From NCBI GenBank assembly GCA_021298595.1, contig JAJTHL010000005.1, forward strand, positions 5,651-69,650: DNA of 64,000 bases. The letters run 5' to 3'. This document shows, piece after piece, positions 10,966 through 20,142 of the stretch (positions within the stretch are counted from its first letter, which is position 1; each line of letters starts with the position of its first letter). Source of the stretch: Alphaproteobacteria bacterium (GTDB taxonomy: Bacteria; Pseudomonadota; Alphaproteobacteria; Caedimonadales; UBA1908). The notes under the pieces are model-generated. The model was not told the DNA's origin, ran no database searches, and worked only from the letters and a program-made list of their open reading frames with translations. The position numbers and the translations under genes were made by a program.

Positions 10966-11637
10966 ATGAAACTACGCGACACCCTTATTCTTTTTCTGGC
11001 CTTTGCCCTGGCCGTGGTAGTCTTTTTCTTCTTGTTTCATCTATGGCAAAAGCATCAAGATAGCACACCTAAAACCGTCACCCTGATGACGGCGACCCAT
11101 GATCTGACCATTGGCCATCTGCTAACAAGCCGGGATTTTGCGGCCACCCCCTGGACCGGCGCTGTCCCAGAAAAGGCTTTTATCCAGGGCGGCGACCACG
11201 AGAGCTTTCCCGAAGGCATTGTCGGCGCGTCCGTGCCAAAAGGCGCACCTCTGACTAAGGACGCCCTCATCACAGGAAAACCAGAAGCCCAAGAGCTTGC
11301 CCCCCAAGACGGTAAATATATTTACCGCCTCGTGCTTCCCAAAGAGCAGACAACCTTTGTGGGTATTTTCAAGCCAGGGGACCGCATTGATGTTATCGTG
11401 AGCCAGAAAGAAGAGAAAAAAACAGATAGCATTTCATCTATTTATTTATCTCGCATTAAAGTGCTTGGCTTTAATGGAAAAAGCACCATTTCATCCAATG
11501 GTGAAGAACCAAGAACCCTTAGCCTTGAGCTAAACCAACGTCAAGCCCAATCCTTAAGCCAACTTTTGTCTCAGAAAAACCCGACACTTCACCTTGACAT
11601 TCGGAGCATGTCACCGGGCGGAGCGCCCGCCCCTTAA
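10966..11637 (+). CDS. cpaB: Flp/Tad pilus assembly protein CpaB-like (SAF + RcpC domains)
   Basis: N-terminal TM helix. SAF-like segment (ATHDLTIGHLLTSRDFAATPW..VPEKAF). RcpC-like segment (FKPGDRIDVIVS, IKVLGFNG, LSLELNQRQAQSL). AGGGA lies 9 nt upstream of ATG 10966. Confidence 0.7.
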   Translation: MKLRDTLILFLAFALAVVVFFFLFHLWQKHQDSTPKTVTLMTATHDLTIGHLLTSRDFAATPWTGAVPEKAFIQGGDHESFPEGIVGASVPKGAPLTKDALITGKPEAQELAPQDGKYIYRLVLPKEQTTFVGIFKPGDRIDVIVSQKEEKKTDSISSIYLSRIKVLGFNGKSTISSNGEEPRTLSLELNQRQAQSLSQLLSQKNPTLHLDIRSMSPGGAPAP

Positions 11638-11660
11638 GCACGCCCCACCGCGCAAACCCC

Positions 11661-11688
11661 TTGCAAAATCCCTTTATTTGCCTATGGT
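11661..11688 (+). promoter_or_regulatory. Candidate sigma-70 promoter for gatCAB
   Basis: TTGCAA, a 16-nt spacer, then TATGGT, about 30 nt upstream of the gatC start. Confidence 0.3.
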
Positions 11689-11717
11689 GAGAGAATGATA
11701 AAAAATGAGGATACCCC

Positions 11718-12005
11718 ATGTCCATTGACCACGAGACCGTTGTAAAGGTCGCACGCCTTGCACGCATTAAGCTGGATGAAAAAGAGATCCCCGCCTATGA
11801 GGAACGCCTCAACCGCATCCTTGACTGGATTTCCATGTTGGAAGAAGTCGATACGCAAAATATCGACCCCATGTTTAGTGTGCATCTTGATCACATGCCC
11901 CAAGTGGAAGACGTCGTGACAGAGCCCAATATGGTGGCCGCAATCCTTGCCAACGCCCCTGAAAAAGAATTGGATATGTACGTCGTCCCCAAAGTTGTGG
12001 GATAG
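11718..12005 (+). CDS. gatC: Glu/Asp-tRNA amidotransferase subunit C
   Basis: 95 aa. Typical GatC N-terminus [16 protein letters not shown]. Precedes gatA. Confidence 0.9.
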   Translation: MSIDHETVVKVARLARIKLDEKEIPAYEERLNRILDWISMLEEVDTQNIDPMFSVHLDHMPQVEDVVTEPNMVAAILANAPEKELDMYVVPKVVG

Positions 12006-12013
12006 GAGCCATC

Positions 12014-13486
12014 ATGACTGACCTTATTTCTAAAAGCCTGACCGACATTCAAACAGGGCTTCGCCGTAAAGAGTTTTCCGCAACCGAGCTGACTAAGGCC
12101 TATCTTAGGCGCATGGAAGACACACGCGACCTTAATGCTTATCTTGAGGAAACGCCTGAGGTGGCCCTTAAGGGGGCTGCCGCCAGCGACGCGCGCCTTG
12201 CCACAGGTGACGCCCTTGATCTAGAAGGCGTGCCCGTTGCCGTCAAAGACCTCTTTTGTACTGTGGAAGGTCACACAACGGCGGCCTCTAAAATCCTTGA
12301 GGGATACAAGTCGCCCTTTGAATCAACAGTTACCCAAAAATTGTGGGATGCGGGCGCTGTGATGCTGGGTAAAACCAACATGGATGAATTCGCCATGGGA
12401 TCGGCAAACCTCACAAGCGCTTATGGTAAGGTGCTAAGCCCCTTGACCTTGCCAAATGACAAGCGCCGTTTTGTGCCGGGGGGCTCCTCTGGCGGATCTG
12501 CTGCGGCCATTGCGGCCAAATCGGCCCTTATTGCCACAGGTTCTGACACTGGCGGATCCATCCGCCAGCCCGCGGCCTTTTGCGGTATTGTGGGAATGAA
12601 GCCCACCTATGGTCTTTGCTCTCGCTATGGGATGGTGGCGTTCGCGTCCTCCCTTGATCAGGCAGGTCCCTTGACTCGTACGGTCGAAGACGCGGCGCTC
12701 ATGCTGCGCGTGACGGCTGGCTATGATGCCAAGGACGCAACGTCCCTGAACAAGGCCGTGCCGGATTTCTTGGCCACCTTGAAAAACGGGGTGAAGGGTC
12801 TTCGCATTGGCATTCCCAAGGACTATCAAGTGGACGGCCTTAACCCTGACATTACGGCTCTATGGGAAAAGGGGCGCGCGTGGCTTGAGGACGCGGGGGC
12901 AAGCTGTGTGCCGGTACGCCTTCCCCACACTAAGTATGCCCTTCCTGTTTATTATATTTTGGCGCCCGCCGAAGCGTCTTCCAACCTTGCCCGTTTTGAT
13001 GGGGTCAGATATGGCCTTCGCGTAGACGGCGAAACCCTTGATGACATGTACGAGCGCACCCGGGGTGAGGGCTTTGGCGAAGAAGTCACAAGGCGTATTC
13101 TTGTGGGCACCTACGTTTTGTCCGCAGGCTATTACGATGCGTATTATCTTAAGGCTCAAAAAATCAGGCGTCTTATTTCTCAAGAGTTTGCGACCGTGTT
13201 CAAGGACGTTGATGTGATTTTGGCCCCCACAACGCCGACTCCTGCCTTTGCCTTTGGCGAAGAACCCAAAGATCCCGTCAGCATGTTCATGAACGACGTT
13301 CTAACCGTTCCTGCCAACATTGCAGGCCTTCCGGCCATTTCAGTACCTGGAGGACACACGGCCGAAGGGCTACCCCTAGGCTTGCAGCTGATTGGACCCG
13401 CCTTTGGCGATGAAACTGTTTTGCGCGCCGCCTACGCCCTTGAACGTGCGGCCAACTTTACCCCTTTTGACGGAGTCTCACGATGA
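12014..13486 (+). CDS. gatA: Glu/Asp-tRNA amidotransferase subunit A
   Basis: Amidase signature [12 protein letters not shown] and [12 protein letters not shown]. 490 aa. Confidence 0.95.
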   Translation: MTDLISKSLTDIQTGLRRKEFSATELTKAYLRRMEDTRDLNAYLEETPEVALKGAAASDARLATGDALDLEGVPVAVKDLFCTVEGHTTAASKILEGYKSPFESTVTQKLWDAGAVMLGKTNMDEFAMGSANLTSAYGKVLSPLTLPNDKRRFVPGGSSGGSAAAIAAKSALIATGSDTGGSIRQPAAFCGIVGMKPTYGLCSRYGMVAFASSLDQAGPLTRTVEDAALMLRVTAGYDAKDATSLNKAVPDFLATLKNGVKGLRIGIPKDYQVDGLNPDITALWEKGRAWLEDAGASCVPVRLPHTKYALPVYYILAPAEASSNLARFDGVRYGLRVDGETLDDMYERTRGEGFGEEVTRRILVGTYVLSAGYYDAYYLKAQKIRRLISQEFATVFKDVDVILAPTTPTPAFAFGEEPKDPVSMFMNDVLTVPANIAGLPAISVPGGHTAEGLPLGLQLIGPAFGDETVLRAAYALERAANFTPFDGVSR

Positions 13487-14967
13487 CCTCTTCTTTTTCC
13501 GCTACCCACACCCAAGTCGCAGGTCCCTGGGAAGTTGTCATAGGTCTTGAGGTCCACGCCCAGGTTTTGTCCGAGGCCAAGCTGTTTTCGGGGGCGGCCA
13601 CAACCTTTGGTGCCATGCCCAATACCCAAGTGTGCTTTGTGGACGCAGCCCTTCCTGGCACCCTACCCGTCATTAACCGGTTTTGTGTGGAGCAAGCCAT
13701 TAAAACGGGCCTGGGTTTGAATGCCGAGATTCACCTTTTTTCTGTCTTTGACCGTAAAAACTATTTTTACGCGGACCTTCCCCAGGGGTATCAGATTTCC
13801 CAATACAAACACCCCATCGTCGGCGAAGGGTATCTTGATATTGAAGACGCAGAAGGTCACACCAAGCGCATCGGGATCGAGCGCCTTCATCTCGAGCAAG
13901 ACGCGGGCAAAAGTATGCATGATCAACGCCCCGATAAAAGCCACATTGATCTGAACCGCGCGGGCGTTGCCCTCATGGAGATTGTCAGCAAACCCGATAT
14001 GCGCAGCGCCGAAGAAGCCCAAGCATATGTGAAAAAGCTGCGCGCCCTCCTGCGTTGTCTTGGCACGTGTGACGGGAATATGGAGCAAGGCTCCATGCGC
14101 GCCGACGTGAACATTTCTTTGAGAAAGCCAGGCGAGCCTTATGGGACACGCGCCGAAATCAAGAACGTGAACTCGGTACGCTTTATAGGGCAAGCTATCT
14201 TATATGAAATCGCAAGGCAGCGCGAAATCCTAGAAGGTGGCGGGACCGTGGATCAAGAAACACGCCTGTTTGATGCGGCGCGCGGCCTTACCCGCAGCAT
14301 GCGCTCGAAGGAAGATGCCCATGACTACCGGTATTTTCCTGATCCTAATTTGCCGCCCCTTGTGGTGGAAGCAGCCCTTGTGAAACGTCTTAAAGCGTCC
14401 CTGCCAGAGCTTCCCGACGCCAAGAAAAACCGGTTTATGGCTGACTATGGCATTGCCTCATATGACGCCGCTGTTCTCACCTCTGAAACGGAAATTTCTG
14501 ACTATTTCGAGGCAGCCCTTGTGGCCCTAGATACAAAGGACGCCGCCCCTTCTAAAATGCTTGCAAACTGGATGATGACCGAGCTTTTTGCGGCTCTGAA
14601 CAAGGACGGTCTGACCATCACCGAGTCAAAAGTTACCCCGGCCCATTTTGCGGAGCTTATTACTTTGATTCAAAAGGGCGTGATCTCGGGCAAAATCGCC
14701 AAGGACGTCTTTGTGTTCATGTGGGACTCAGGCAAAGCGCCCCAAGACATTGTGAAGGAAAAAGGGCTCGAGCAAGTCAGCGATACCGGTGCCATTGAAG
14801 GCGTCATTGACGCAATTCTGGCAACCAACCCCGATAAAGTTACTGAATACCGTTCGGGTAAAGATAAACTTTTTGGCTTTTTTGTGGGTCAAGTCATGAA
14901 GCAAATGGGGGGCAAGGCGAACCCTGCCCTTGTGAACGAGGCGCTTTTAAAAAAGCTTTCGTCCTAG
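13483..14967 (+). CDS. gatB: Glu/Asp-tRNA amidotransferase subunit B
   Basis: GatB motifs ([36 protein letters not shown]) and a C-terminal GatB/YqeY domain. ATGA overlap with gatA. Confidence 0.95.
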   Translation: MTSSFSATHTQVAGPWEVVIGLEVHAQVLSEAKLFSGAATTFGAMPNTQVCFVDAALPGTLPVINRFCVEQAIKTGLGLNAEIHLFSVFDRKNYFYADLPQGYQISQYKHPIVGEGYLDIEDAEGHTKRIGIERLHLEQDAGKSMHDQRPDKSHIDLNRAGVALMEIVSKPDMRSAEEAQAYVKKLRALLRCLGTCDGNMEQGSMRADVNISLRKPGEPYGTRAEIKNVNSVRFIGQAILYEIARQREILEGGGTVDQETRLFDAARGLTRSMRSKEDAHDYRYFPDPNLPPLVVEAALVKRLKASLPELPDAKKNRFMADYGIASYDAAVLTSETEISDYFEAALVALDTKDAAPSKMLANWMMTELFAALNKDGLTITESKVTPAHFAELITLIQKGVISGKIAKDVFVFMWDSGKAPQDIVKEKGLEQVSDTGAIEGVIDAILATNPDKVTEYRSGKDKLFGFFVGQVMKQMGGKANPALVNEALLKKLSS

Positions 14968-15623
14968 AATCCTAGAGGCGAGCGCATCCAGGTGATGTAA
15001 AGATGGGCAATCCGCCCCGCGTACCCTTCGTAACACCCAAGATGGTCGCACATCACCTGGCTGAATTCCTCTAGTTTTGAGATCCGCTCTGCCTCGTTTT
15101 GTTCCATAAGGATTATAGACCACACCCGCGACAGAATTTTTTCCACAGGCAGCTGCGTCTCGCGTGTTTCAATGGCCGATCCTTTGATGTGCTGCTGCAA
15201 AATCTTGAACGAATTTTCAAGAGTCGCTTTTTTGGGGGCAATGGTAGGCGCCTCCATCCCCTCTTCTTTTTCGCACGCGCTCCACACAGCTTCCGCCGTA
15301 AGATCGTCAAAAGTTTCTGTATCAAACGGAAGAATCGCCCGCACAAAATCGCCTTTTTTAATCCCTTGTACATTAAATTTGTGCACATCTTGATCCATTT
15401 TATGCAGCGGAACTAAAGGCTTCACCGTTGAGGGTATGGCTGAAGGTACATCCGACGGGACAGATCCGCCCACCAAGACAGGCGTTGGGATCGGTTTGTA
15501 GGAGAGCTCCTGGTCAAATTGCTCGTACAACGCTGCAAGGCTCCCGTGTTCTGGGTCGCTTGCATAAGAAAAAGCTACAAATATAAGGGCACTTGTTAAC
15601 CCAAAAACAAAACTTCTCACCAT
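14964..15623 (-). CDS. Hypothetical secreted protein (start at MVRSF)
   Basis: Strong GGAGGA RBS 5 nt upstream of ATG 15623. Signal peptide [21 protein letters not shown]. No recognisable domain. Confidence 0.6.
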   Translation of the reverse strand: MVRSFVFGLTSALIFVAFSYASDPEHGSLAALYEQFDQELSYKPIPTPVLVGGSVPSDVPSAIPSTVKPLVPLHKMDQDVHKFNVQGIKKGDFVRAILPFDTETFDDLTAEAVWSACEKEEGMEAPTIAPKKATLENSFKILQQHIKGSAIETRETQLPVEKILSRVWSIILMEQNEAERISKLEEFSQVMCDHLGCYEGYAGRIAHLYITWMRSPLGF

Positions 15624-15815
15624 ACAATCCTCCGAATAATGTCTTTCTGACAAGTTCATTATTTCGAAAATTATTTAAAAAATATTAATAAGCCTCGATT
15701 TTTAATTTTTTCATATTCAGAAATCTGCAGCAAAATCTTAACAGGTTTGAAATGTTCTTTGCCTACAATAAGGATGTAGGTTGGATGATCAGGTCAACAA
15801 AACAGGAGAGGATCC

Positions 15816-16772
15816 ATGGAAAACGTGCAAAAGCTAGAGCCTCTTGATTTGTTAAAAATGTACGGCGAGCTAAGTTTCGAGTGGTCTCTTGACGAGGATC
15901 GCATTCATTGGACGGGCCCTGTTAGTCGCCTCATTAGCCCAGATATTCCCCTTGTTTCGGGAGGGAGTTACCATAATTTGCTGAGCATCGAGGCTTTCGA
16001 AATAAGGATGAGGGCCATCGACGAAGCACGTCATCACATTGACGGTGTGTACGTTTGTCAGTACGCCCTTGATTTACCTCACTTTGAACACACTCTTGTC
16101 AAAGAAGAAGGACGACTTGTTTTCGAACGGGGTGAACCGCTCTACCTCAAGGGATCTTTACGTTTTCTTGAAAATTCTACGTCTGAAAAAGATCAAGACC
16201 AAGAAAGTGTTTTGCGCCATAGCGGATACGATGCCTTGACGGGATATCCACAAAAAGAAGTCCTTTATGAAAACCTTGCTTCTCTCATCGAACAAACGGC
16301 TTATTCAGGCATCTCTGGTGCTTATCTTGCTGTGTGTATTGACAGGTTAACTTATCTTAATGCCAAATATGGGTACGATGTTCTCAAGGATCTCTTGAAA
16401 GGTGCAAGCGAACGTCTACGTCAAGAAATCCGTTTTAACGATGCCATTGGACGTACCAGCAGCAGCAGCTTTGGAGTTGTGCTGCAAGACTGTGACAGAT
16501 GGGGGATTATCAGAACGGCTGACCGCCTGACACGTGTGATTGAATCGGTTCCCATCGCCACAAGCGCTGGCAACATTAACTTGTGTTTATCTGCGGGTGG
16601 GCTTGTTTTTCCTGATCACCAGTTAACGGCAGAGGTTGTGATGCTGAAGGCTGAACAATTCCTATTTGAGGCCCAAGCTAACAAAGGCATTGGGGCGTCG
16701 TGGACACCTTACGGAGAAAGCGTGCCCGCCGCAACGCCCTTAAACCGCGCTTTCACAAGGCGTCCTCTATAA
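15816..16772 (+). CDS. PAS-like + degenerate GGDEF domain protein (GGDEF replaced by SSSSF, RxxD I-site retained)
   Basis: GGDEF-domain hallmarks (YDALTGYP, LAVCIDRLTYLNAKYGYDV..LL). The active-site position reads RFND-AIGRT-SSSSF. AGGAGAGG RBS. Confidence 0.75.
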   Translation: MENVQKLEPLDLLKMYGELSFEWSLDEDRIHWTGPVSRLISPDIPLVSGGSYHNLLSIEAFEIRMRAIDEARHHIDGVYVCQYALDLPHFEHTLVKEEGRLVFERGEPLYLKGSLRFLENSTSEKDQDQESVLRHSGYDALTGYPQKEVLYENLASLIEQTAYSGISGAYLAVCIDRLTYLNAKYGYDVLKDLLKGASERLRQEIRFNDAIGRTSSSSFGVVLQDCDRWGIIRTADRLTRVIESVPIATSAGNINLCLSAGGLVFPDHQLTAEVVMLKAEQFLFEAQANKGIGASWTPYGESVPAATPLNRAFTRRPL

Positions 16773-16896
16773 TCATTCTCTTTTTCACGCCAGTCTTGGA
16801 TCTTTATCAGGTCTTAGACTGGCCGGCATTGAAGGTCGATTTGTAAAATTTGAGTAAAAAAAATAACATCAATCAGTTTTTTAACTCACTTAAACT

Positions 16897-17282
16897 TTGG
16901 TTTTGTCTGGAAGCCTTCTTGTGCCTGCTGTTTACGCATCTGCCGGCGACACACCGGGGAATACACCGATGCCCGTCGAAAAAATCGTCCCGGGATCTTC
17001 GAGTGCGACAAAAGAAGAAAAATTGAAGATGATCGAGCAAATGATAGCTGAAAATGAAGCGTCTCAAAAGAAACTCCATGAAGCACTGGTTCAAGATCAA
17101 GAAAGCTATGCTGCCCTTCAAGAAACAGCAATTGGGCTTCCCGTAATATCCCGGGCACGACAAAGTGGATGCTCGGTCAATACCCTGGATTGATTCAAAG
17201 CGAAGAAGAGCATATTCTCTATTTGGAAGAGACTGCCAAAAAATTGCAGGAAGACAAAAAAAATATTGAAAATCAAAAATAA
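16897..17282 (+). pseudogene. Small signal-peptide/coiled-coil ORF, apparently split by a -1 frameshift
   Basis: The 98-aa frame ends at 17193. An overlapping frame, open from 17082 to 17282, continues with the same Glu/Lys-rich heptad-like character (SEEEHILYLEETAKKLQEDKKNIENQK). The TTG start sits directly after an in-frame stop. Confidence 0.3.
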
Positions 17283-17443
17283 CCCATATGGGGGGAGAAG
17301 GACCATCAACCTTCTCTCCCTCACTCTTACCTTACCAAAAAAACAGCACTCTGACCGAGCGCCTCGTGGGAAATGACCGCTTTTATCTGACATTTTTTAA
17401 ATGCACTTGTTTGAAGCAAAGCATCTTTCAACTCTCTACAAAG

Positions 17444-17458
17444 TTAATAGAATTTTAA
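17444..17458. promoter_or_regulatory. Perfect TTAA-N7-TTAA (CtrA-type box) upstream of the ompA-family gene
   Basis: TTAAtagaattTTAA in an AT-rich spacer, 155 nt upstream of the ATG at 17613. Confidence 0.2.
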
Positions 17459-17612
17459 CTTTTTCGTGTCACCTTAGGTTAACTTTTTTTGTGGCCTCGA
17501 TAACTTCCTGTAAAAAAAATTTAAATTAAAGTGTTTGAGTTATTGTGGCTTCGAGAAAATTCTGATTCACTAGGGATGTTGCTGATAAAACAAATAAGGG
17601 AGTAACAAGAAT

Positions 17613-18428
17613 ATGGAACGTACTAAGAAGTCTTGGGTGGTAGGGTTCGCCGTTGTGGCCACTACCGTATTTATTTCAGGTTGTGCTGAAAATACCATTA
17701 GCGAATTGGAAAAAGCCCCCCTTGATGGTCTCGCGTTCGCAGATCAACTCGCCAAGGAATACGAGCTATATGCCAAGCGCGAATCTCGTGAATACAACGA
17801 CTTTATTGATGCACAGCACTTTGCCGTTAAAGGTCTTCAGGCCGCGACGGGCCTCAACGTGCTCCCAGAAAATCCCAATGATTGGGATATCCCAGAGTCT
17901 GAACTTCCCCGCTTTCTCGATGCGCGTGAGCGTTTGACTTTTGCCCTTGATAATAATGGCCGTAATTTGGAGCCACTTATCGCAGCCCGCACGCAAGTAG
18001 CCTATGACTGCGCCACACAAGAGCAAGAAGAGAATGCAGGTAGACCCGAACAAGCACGTTGTTGGACAGCTTTCATGAACGGTCTTCGTCATCTTGAAGA
18101 GGCCATTCAAAAGCAATCTCCTACATTCTCTGTGATGTTCGAAATGAACAGTTCTGTTCTCTCCAAGCAAGCAGAAGGCACACTTTCCAACGTTGCTAAG
18201 ATTGCTAAAAACATGAACCTGCGGACTGTGCTTGTCACGGGCCATACGGACGCAATGGGAGGACGCAAACATAACCTTCTCTTGTCTCAAAACCGCGCGA
18301 ACGCAGTGCGTGATGCTCTTGTAAAAATGGGTGTTGAGGCAAAACGCATTGTTCCTGTAGGGGCTGGCGAGGTTGATGGCCGTGAGGTCTATCCAAAGAA
18401 CCGCCGCGTGGACATTCAAATCCACTAA
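17613..18428 (+). CDS. OmpA-family lipoprotein (peptidoglycan-associated)
   Basis: Lipobox FISGC. C-terminal OmpA_C domain (LVTGHTDAMGGRKHNLLLSQNRANAVRDALV..NRRVDIQI). Confidence 0.85.
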   Translation: MERTKKSWVVGFAVVATTVFISGCAENTISELEKAPLDGLAFADQLAKEYELYAKRESREYNDFIDAQHFAVKGLQAATGLNVLPENPNDWDIPESELPRFLDARERLTFALDNNGRNLEPLIAARTQVAYDCATQEQEENAGRPEQARCWTAFMNGLRHLEEAIQKQSPTFSVMFEMNSSVLSKQAEGTLSNVAKIAKNMNLRTVLVTGHTDAMGGRKHNLLLSQNRANAVRDALVKMGVEAKRIVPVGAGEVDGREVYPKNRRVDIQIH

Positions 18429-18446
18429 AGATAAATCGCTGACCTT

Positions 18447-18474
18447 AAAGCCCCCTTCTTGGGGGCTTTTTTTT
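18447..18474 (+). terminator. Rho-independent terminator after the ompA-family gene
   Basis: AAAGCCCCC-ttctt-GGGGGCTTT hairpin followed by a T run. Confidence 0.8.
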
Positions 18475-18652
18475 GCTCCACAAAAATCTTAGAAGAACTG
18501 GTTTAATCTTGCTGGCTGCGCAACGAGATGCATTTTTAGTTTGTGAAGGTCCTGCAGGACGTTTCTTCTCTTATCTGCCCCATCTCCACCCTGACTTTTT
18601 GTCTCTGTCTGAAAAATGGATGTTACTTTTCCCTCGTCTCCCCCGCTCGCAG

Positions 18653-19876
18653 TTAGTGGTGTGATGTGAGTTTTTTCATTTGCCACTGTTTTTTCAATTG
18701 GCAATAGTGGGTTCTCGGCGTCACATTGCCAGGGATTTTGCGGGAATACTCAGAAATGATCCAGTTTCTTAAGTCAATGCTCTCTTCGTCATTTTTGACG
18801 TACGTACTGTCCAAGAACAGCGAAAGAAAATGGATAAACTTTGGTGCGTCAAGAGAGAGTTTCATCGCTCCCCTAAGGCAAACATACAAATAGGAAAGAT
18901 GTGGCCTATACGGATCCGAGACATACGGCCAATGCTTAGGCCGTGCATCGTCTTTGTCTTGAGAGACTTCTTTGCCAAGGGCTAAAATATAGGCTTCTTT
19001 GAGGCGCATTTTTTTACTGTTCTTGGGATCAAACCTCACCACCGGCACTTTGATCAAATCATAACCTGCCTCCCTTTTTCGAAGTGCCTCAAACTCATCT
19101 CCCAAATTGACCGTCAAAAGAACCCCGTTAATTTTATCCTCGTAGGATCCCGTATACTCCACCGTCAAACGCAAAAGGGCGTTCTCTTCACTTTTGTCAG
19201 GCATTCCCAAAGGGGAATTTTCTGGTTTTTCGGGCAGAAAGCCAAAAAATCTTCTCACCCCAAAGGCAAGAATTGATTTTCCTCGCTTTGAGAACTCTTG
19301 GCTTGAAGCTGGATCAAGAAGCGATCCGTATCCGATCAGTTTAAACTTTGTTTTTCCTTTTTGTGTTAAAGAATCCTCAAGGGTTTGCCAGCTATCCGTA
19401 TGGCGTTCCTCTTGGTCTGAAAAGGGTGTGTGTTCTTTGAAGTGCTTTTGAATTGCCTGTATCATTTCTTCACGAAGGGTGGGTGCTACATGGGCGGCGA
19501 CGCTGACTGCCGATGCCAACAAATCGCGCTCTTCTGGAGGTAACACTACGCCTTTTCCTGGCCTTGCCAATGGGCCTACCTCCAGAAAGTCATAAGAAAA
19601 TGGAAGAGGGCTAGACGGCCTCATGGGAGAGTCCGTCCCTCTCATAAACTCTTCTTCTAAGACCGACAAGTGCGGATTACTGCTGCTTAATGGGTTGCGC
19701 TTGAGCTTCTCACCCCTTAATGAATCTGGTACCGCGCTGGCATCAGTATTGCGCGAAATAGCTGTACGAGCGCCAAGTATGTCTTTTATCTCATCGGTTG
19801 CAGAACACTGGCCTGGCAACGTAGTCACAGTTGAAAGAGACACAAACAAAAAGAGTTGAGGTATTTTCATCATCAT
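18653..19876 (-). CDS. Secreted protein with a ChaC/gamma-glutamylcyclotransferase-like core (start at the ATG triplet 19868-19876)
   Basis: Signal peptide MKIPQLFLFVSLSTVTTLPGQCSA, then a low-complexity linker. This is followed by LIGYGSLLD...AFGVRRFFGF...ALRKREAGYDLIKVPV, which resembles the YGSL and RE..GY motifs of ChaC/GGCT. Confidence 0.55.
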   Translation of the reverse strand: MMMKIPQLFLFVSLSTVTTLPGQCSATDEIKDILGARTAISRNTDASAVPDSLRGEKLKRNPLSSSNPHLSVLEEEFMRGTDSPMRPSSPLPFSYDFLEVGPLARPGKGVVLPPEERDLLASAVSVAAHVAPTLREEMIQAIQKHFKEHTPFSDQEERHTDSWQTLEDSLTQKGKTKFKLIGYGSLLDPASSQEFSKRGKSILAFGVRRFFGFLPEKPENSPLGMPDKSEENALLRLTVEYTGSYEDKINGVLLTVNLGDEFEALRKREAGYDLIKVPVVRFDPKNSKKMRLKEAYILALGKEVSQDKDDARPKHWPYVSDPYRPHLSYLYVCLRGAMKLSLDAPKFIHFLSLFLDSTYVKNDEESIDLRNWIISEYSRKIPGNVTPRTHYCQLKKQWQMKKLTSHH

Positions 19877-20142
19877 CTCCAGCGCTAGAATTTCCAGCAG
19901 TGGAAAAAAATATGGCACATTTATTAAGAAAAAGTTAACAGAATGATTATTTTCTGATCGCTCTTTCCTAAAAATTAACTTTTCCACTATTCACAATAAG
20001 CACAGGTTTTTATCACCTTAAATGTGCAGACATTACATACAAAACCGGTTAATTTAGGATTGACAAAATGTCACCATTTTCTGTCTTTTGAATGATTTTT
20101 ATAAGAGCTCTACATCCCTTGAGTGTTACGTCGACGTTGGGC

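Noticed and set aside
16789-16823. 8-bp perfect inverted repeat GCCAGTCT...AGACTGGC downstream of the pseudo-GGDEF gene.
   Set aside because: The loop is 19 nt and no T run follows, so it is a poor intrinsic terminator. There is not enough evidence to call it a feature.
17766-18425. Long antisense ORFs opposite well-supported genes. The set includes 219 aa opposite the ompA-family gene, 24490-25047 opposite popZ, 33671-34192 opposite the response regulator, 13663-14193 opposite gatB, 48056-48574 opposite mgtA, 6789-7301 opposite parC, and 875-1393 opposite mfd.
   Set aside because: Each lies wholly inside a gene with clear family motifs on the other strand. None has an RBS or recognisable domains. 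They look like shadow ORFs caused by codon bias.
20045-20055. The 11-mer CCGGTTAATTT is shared between the spacer at 20045-20055 and the recA upstream region at 38619-38629.
   Set aside because: A 64-kb window gives about 2 billion pairwise position comparisons, against about 4.2 million possible 11-mers. Many such repeats are therefore expected by chance, and there is no extended similarity around the core.
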